Positions 7,320 to 10,316 of a stretch of 10,316 nt of DNA are shown piece after piece. Each line of letters opens with the position of its first letter. The first letter of the stretch is position 1. The position numbers were made by a program, and so were the translations under genes. This stretch comes from Nitrospira japonica (GTDB lineage: Bacteria; Nitrospirota; Thermodesulfovibrionia; Thermodesulfovibrionales; SM23-35). The stretch covers positions 1-10,316 of the forward strand of contig DYFC01000040.1 of the NCBI GenBank assembly GCA_020725385.1. The letters are read 5' to 3'. A model generated the notes under the pieces. It did not search any database, was not told the DNA's origin, and saw only the letters and a program-made list of their open reading frames with translations.

Positions 7320-7323
7320 TTTT

Positions 7324-7671
7324 ATGTTTTTAAATTTTATAGATATAGCAAATGCAATGGGTCCTGCTCCGCAATCAGGTGCCGGACAGGGTGGTCCTGC
7401 AGCTCTATTTGGCAGTTTAATACCGCTTATACTGATATTCGTTATTTTCTATTTTCTGCTTATAAGGCCCCAACAGAAAAAAGCAAAAGAACACAAAAAT
7501 ATGATTGACAACCTTAAGAAAGGTGATAAAATCATAACTTCAGGCGGGATTTATGGTGTGATAGAAAATGTTGGCACTAATACTATTACCTTGAAGGTTG
7601 GGGAAAATACGAGAATCAAAATAGGCAAAGCATATGTGGGTGCTTTAAGAGCTTCTTCTGATGAGGAATAA
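7324..7671 (+). CDS. yajC: Preprotein translocase subunit YajC
   Basis: 115 aa with a single TM segment followed by FYFLLIRPQQKKAKEH and LKKGDKIITSGGIYG. It lies directly upstream of secD. Confidence 0.96.
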   Translation: MFLNFIDIANAMGPAPQSGAGQGGPAALFGSLIPLILIFVIFYFLLIRPQQKKAKEHKNMIDNLKKGDKIITSGGIYGVIENVGTNTITLKVGENTRIKIGKAYVGALRASSDEE

Positions 7672-7712
7672 AAATTAATTATAAATATGATTCAATTCTT
7701 GTTGGAGGTTGA

Positions 7713-9335
7713 ATGAGGAAAAACATTCTTTTCAGACTTATTCTGATAGCTGTTACTGTAATTATTGCTATTATATTCTTTTTACCAAATACACCTGTCT
7801 TTAAATATATGCCCGAATGGTGGAAACAAAACATGCCTAATAAAGGCATTATCTTTGGTCTTGATCTTCAAGGAGGATTGCATCTTGTTTTTGAAGTAGA
7901 GGGTGATAAAGCTGCCGAAATAACCGCTGAAAGATATGCAGCTAAGCTTAAAGAAATGCTCGCAAAGAAAAAATTAAATGTTGAAGCAGTTTCAAACGGG
8001 TTACAAATATCTATAACGCCGGCAAATCCTCAAATCAAGAAAGAAATTGAAGATAACTTCCAGAATCTTGTGCCTGTTGAATCTGGCACAAAGCTGGTTT
8101 ATAGATTATCCGATAAAGAAGTCCAAAGAATAAAAGATACTGCAGCAGATCAAGCGCTTGAGACAATAAGAAATAGAATAGATCAATTTGGTGTTTCTGA
8201 ACCCACAATACACCGTCAGGGTACAAATGAGATAGTTGTGCAGTTGCCAGGCGTAAAAGACCCGAAAAGAGCGATAGAACTTATTGGTAAGACAGCCCAA
8301 CTTGAATTTAAGCTTGTTGAAGATGAAGCACGGATTGCTGCTGAGCTTCCCCACTCTGTTGCCCCGGGTGAAGAAGAAAAAGTAATACAAGAATTTGCAG
8401 GCAGAATACCTGAAGATACAGAGATATTATTTGAGAAAAAAGTAAATAAAGAAACTGGAATAATAAGAAAAATACCTATTCTAGTAAAGAAACAGGCGAG
8501 TCTTACCGGAGACCTGTTAAGCGATGCAAAAGTAAATCTTGATTCGAAATACAGCGAACCTTATGTATCAATTTCTTTCAACTCTTTTGGAGCAAAAGTC
8601 TTCGAAGAACTAACCGGTGCAAATGTCGGAAAAAGACTTGCAATTGTTTTGGACAATACAGTTTACTCTGCTCCAGTTATAAAAGATAGAATTGCCGGTG
8701 GTAATGCGATGATAGAAGGAAGATTTACAATGGAAGAGGCAAAAGACCTTAGCATTGTCTTAAGAGCAGGTGCTCTACCCGCTCCATTAAAAATGCTACA
8801 GAATGTAACAGTTGGTCCTTCACTTGGAAGAGATTCAATAGAGGCTGGAAAACTTGCAGGTATAATAGGAACAATTGCTGTTGTTTTATTCATGATTTTT
8901 TACTATAAACTGTCGGGGCTTATCGCTGATTTCGCCCTGTTTTTGAATATTATCCTCTTACTCGGAGCAATGGCATCATTGAATGCTACCTTAACTCTCC
9001 CCGGCATTGCAGGAATAATCCTTGCGATCGGAATGGCAGTTGATTCAAATGTTCTTATGTTTGAGAGGATGAGGGATGAACTAAGAGCTGGAAAAACACC
9101 ACGAGCTGCTGTTGATTCAGGTTATAAAAAAGCATTCTGGACAATATTTGACTCTCACGTTACAACATTGATAACTGCTGCTGTTCTATTTCAATTCGGG
9201 ACAGGGCCTATTAAAGGTTTTGCAGTAACCCTCAGTCTTGGTGTATCAATAAATCTTTTCACAGCGCTTATTGGAACAAAATCAATTTTCGATATTATCA
9301 ATACAAAACGCGAATTGAAGCACTTAAGTATATAG
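7713..9335 (+). CDS. secD: Protein translocase subunit SecD
   Basis: 540 aa with [41 protein letters not shown] and [21 protein letters not shown] at 7704-7709. Confidence 0.97.
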   Translation: MRKNILFRLILIAVTVIIAIIFFLPNTPVFKYMPEWWKQNMPNKGIIFGLDLQGGLHLVFEVEGDKAAEITAERYAAKLKEMLAKKKLNVEAVSNGLQISITPANPQIKKEIEDNFQNLVPVESGTKLVYRLSDKEVQRIKDTAADQALETIRNRIDQFGVSEPTIHRQGTNEIVVQLPGVKDPKRAIELIGKTAQLEFKLVEDEARIAAELPHSVAPGEEEKVIQEFAGRIPEDTEILFEKKVNKETGIIRKIPILVKKQASLTGDLLSDAKVNLDSKYSEPYVSISFNSFGAKVFEELTGANVGKRLAIVLDNTVYSAPVIKDRIAGGNAMIEGRFTMEEAKDLSIVLRAGALPAPLKMLQNVTVGPSLGRDSIEAGKLAGIIGTIAVVLFMIFYYKLSGLIADFALFLNIILLLGAMASLNATLTLPGIAGIILAIGMAVDSNVLMFERMRDELRAGKTPRAAVDSGYKKAFWTIFDSHVTTLITAAVLFQFGTGPIKGFAVTLSLGVSINLFTALIGTKSIFDIINTKRELKHLSI

Positions 9336-9343
9336 GAGAACAA

Positions 9344-10258
9344 ATGATTGAAATTATTAAGAACACAAAAATAGATTTTCTCGGGAAAAGGAAAATAGCC
9401 TTTATTTTTTCAGGAATTCTTGCAATAATCGGAATAATAGCAATAATTCAAATAGCAACCGGGAAGGCAAATCTCGGGATAGACTTTGCCGGTGGAACAG
9501 CAATTCAATTTAAATTCGAAAAACCTGTTCAACTCCATCCTATAAGAATAGCTCTTGAAAGTGCTGGTCTGAAGGATTTTGATCTTCAAGATCTTCCTAC
9601 TGAAAATAAGATATTAATAAGAGTTAAAAAGACTGAAACAACTCTCGGCCAGGTATCAGAATTGATAACAAATACACTTAGTCAAAAATTCCCTGATAAT
9701 AAATATGTAATCGACTCAACAACTGAAATAGGCCCGAAGGTAGGAGGAAGGTTAAGAGCAGATGCAGCGCAGGCAGTTGCAGTTGCAATTATTGGCATAC
9801 TTATATATGTTGCATTTAGATTTCAGTTCAAGTTCGGTGTAGGTGCAACCATTGCTACATTTCATGATGTTCTTGCAGTACTCGGTGTTTTCTTTATTCT
9901 TGGCAAAGAAATAAATCTAATATTAATTACAGCTTTGCTTACCATAGCAGGTTATTCTCTAACCGATACAGTAGTAGTTTTTGACCGTATCAGGGAAAAT
10001 TTAAAAATGAGACAAAAAGAAACAGTTGAAGCAATTATGAACATCAGCATTAATGAAGTTCTTTCAAGAACTATTGTTACATCGTTAACAGTTTTACTTA
10101 CTTCTTTTGCTCTCTTCTTTTTCGGAGGTGAGGTGCTTCACGATTTCTCTCTTGCAATGATTTTAGGAGTATGTGTTGGCACATATTCTTCTATATTTGT
10201 TGCGAGCCCTATTGTACTTGTCTGGGGTGGTAAAAGACCTTTTGCCAAAAAGAAATAA
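9344..10258 (+). CDS. secF: Protein translocase subunit SecF
   Basis: 304 aa with LGIDFAGG, HDVL, GYSLTDTVVVFDRIRE, SRTIVTS and GTYSSIFVASP. SD AGGAG (9334-9338) overlaps the secD stop. Confidence 0.97.
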   Translation: MIEIIKNTKIDFLGKRKIAFIFSGILAIIGIIAIIQIATGKANLGIDFAGGTAIQFKFEKPVQLHPIRIALESAGLKDFDLQDLPTENKILIRVKKTETTLGQVSELITNTLSQKFPDNKYVIDSTTEIGPKVGGRLRADAAQAVAVAIIGILIYVAFRFQFKFGVGATIATFHDVLAVLGVFFILGKEINLILITALLTIAGYSLTDTVVVFDRIRENLKMRQKETVEAIMNISINEVLSRTIVTSLTVLLTSFALFFFGGEVLHDFSLAMILGVCVGTYSSIFVASPIVLVWGGKRPFAKKK

Positions 10259-10316
10259 AATGAATTTTAACCACAAACAATGCAGACATTGCTCAAAAAT
10301 TTATTTAACTCGATGA

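Noticed and set aside
53-8893. Short ORFs from the track (53-316, 823-1056, 837-1034, 2642-2857, 3055-3246, 3544-3879, 3907-4125, 4621-4809, 5368-5562, 7317-7508, 8035-8226, 8106-8390, 8663-8893)
   Set aside because: All are antisense or out-of-frame shadows overlapping well-supported genes and have no recognisable motifs.
10260-10316. 18-aa CxxC micro-ORF after secF (MNFNHKQCRHCSKIYLTR*), or an alternative ORF starting at 10280 (MQTLLKNLFNSM...)
   Set aside because: Both are too short, have no clear SD and lie at the window edge, so they cannot be distinguished from chance.

Overview
An AT-rich bacterial chromosomal window that is mostly housekeeping. Gene order: comM/YifB AAA+ ATPase (-), divergent from an orphan gyrA (+, no adjacent gyrB); an uncharacterised 345-aa gene coupled to gyrA; an XRE/CI-type HTH regulator with a degenerate S24 domain (-); an HD-domain dGTPase-like gene (-); and a divergent yajC-secD-secF operon (+). 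Protein style tentatively suggests Nitrospirota or a deltaproteobacteria-like anaerobe (inference only). The most notable unexplained structure is in the 5198-5409 gap. It holds a candidate ~70-nt minus-strand small RNA made of three abutting hairpins, two with C-rich (UCCCCC) loops, ending in an intrinsic terminator. Its predicted sigma70 promoter is overlapped by a TTAGCA-N2-TGCTAA palindrome, and a partial copy of this palindrome lies beside the regulator's own promoter. Together these suggest a repressor + sRNA regulatory module. All three minus-strand genes also look leaderless. No mobile element, CRISPR array, tRNA or rRNA was seen.
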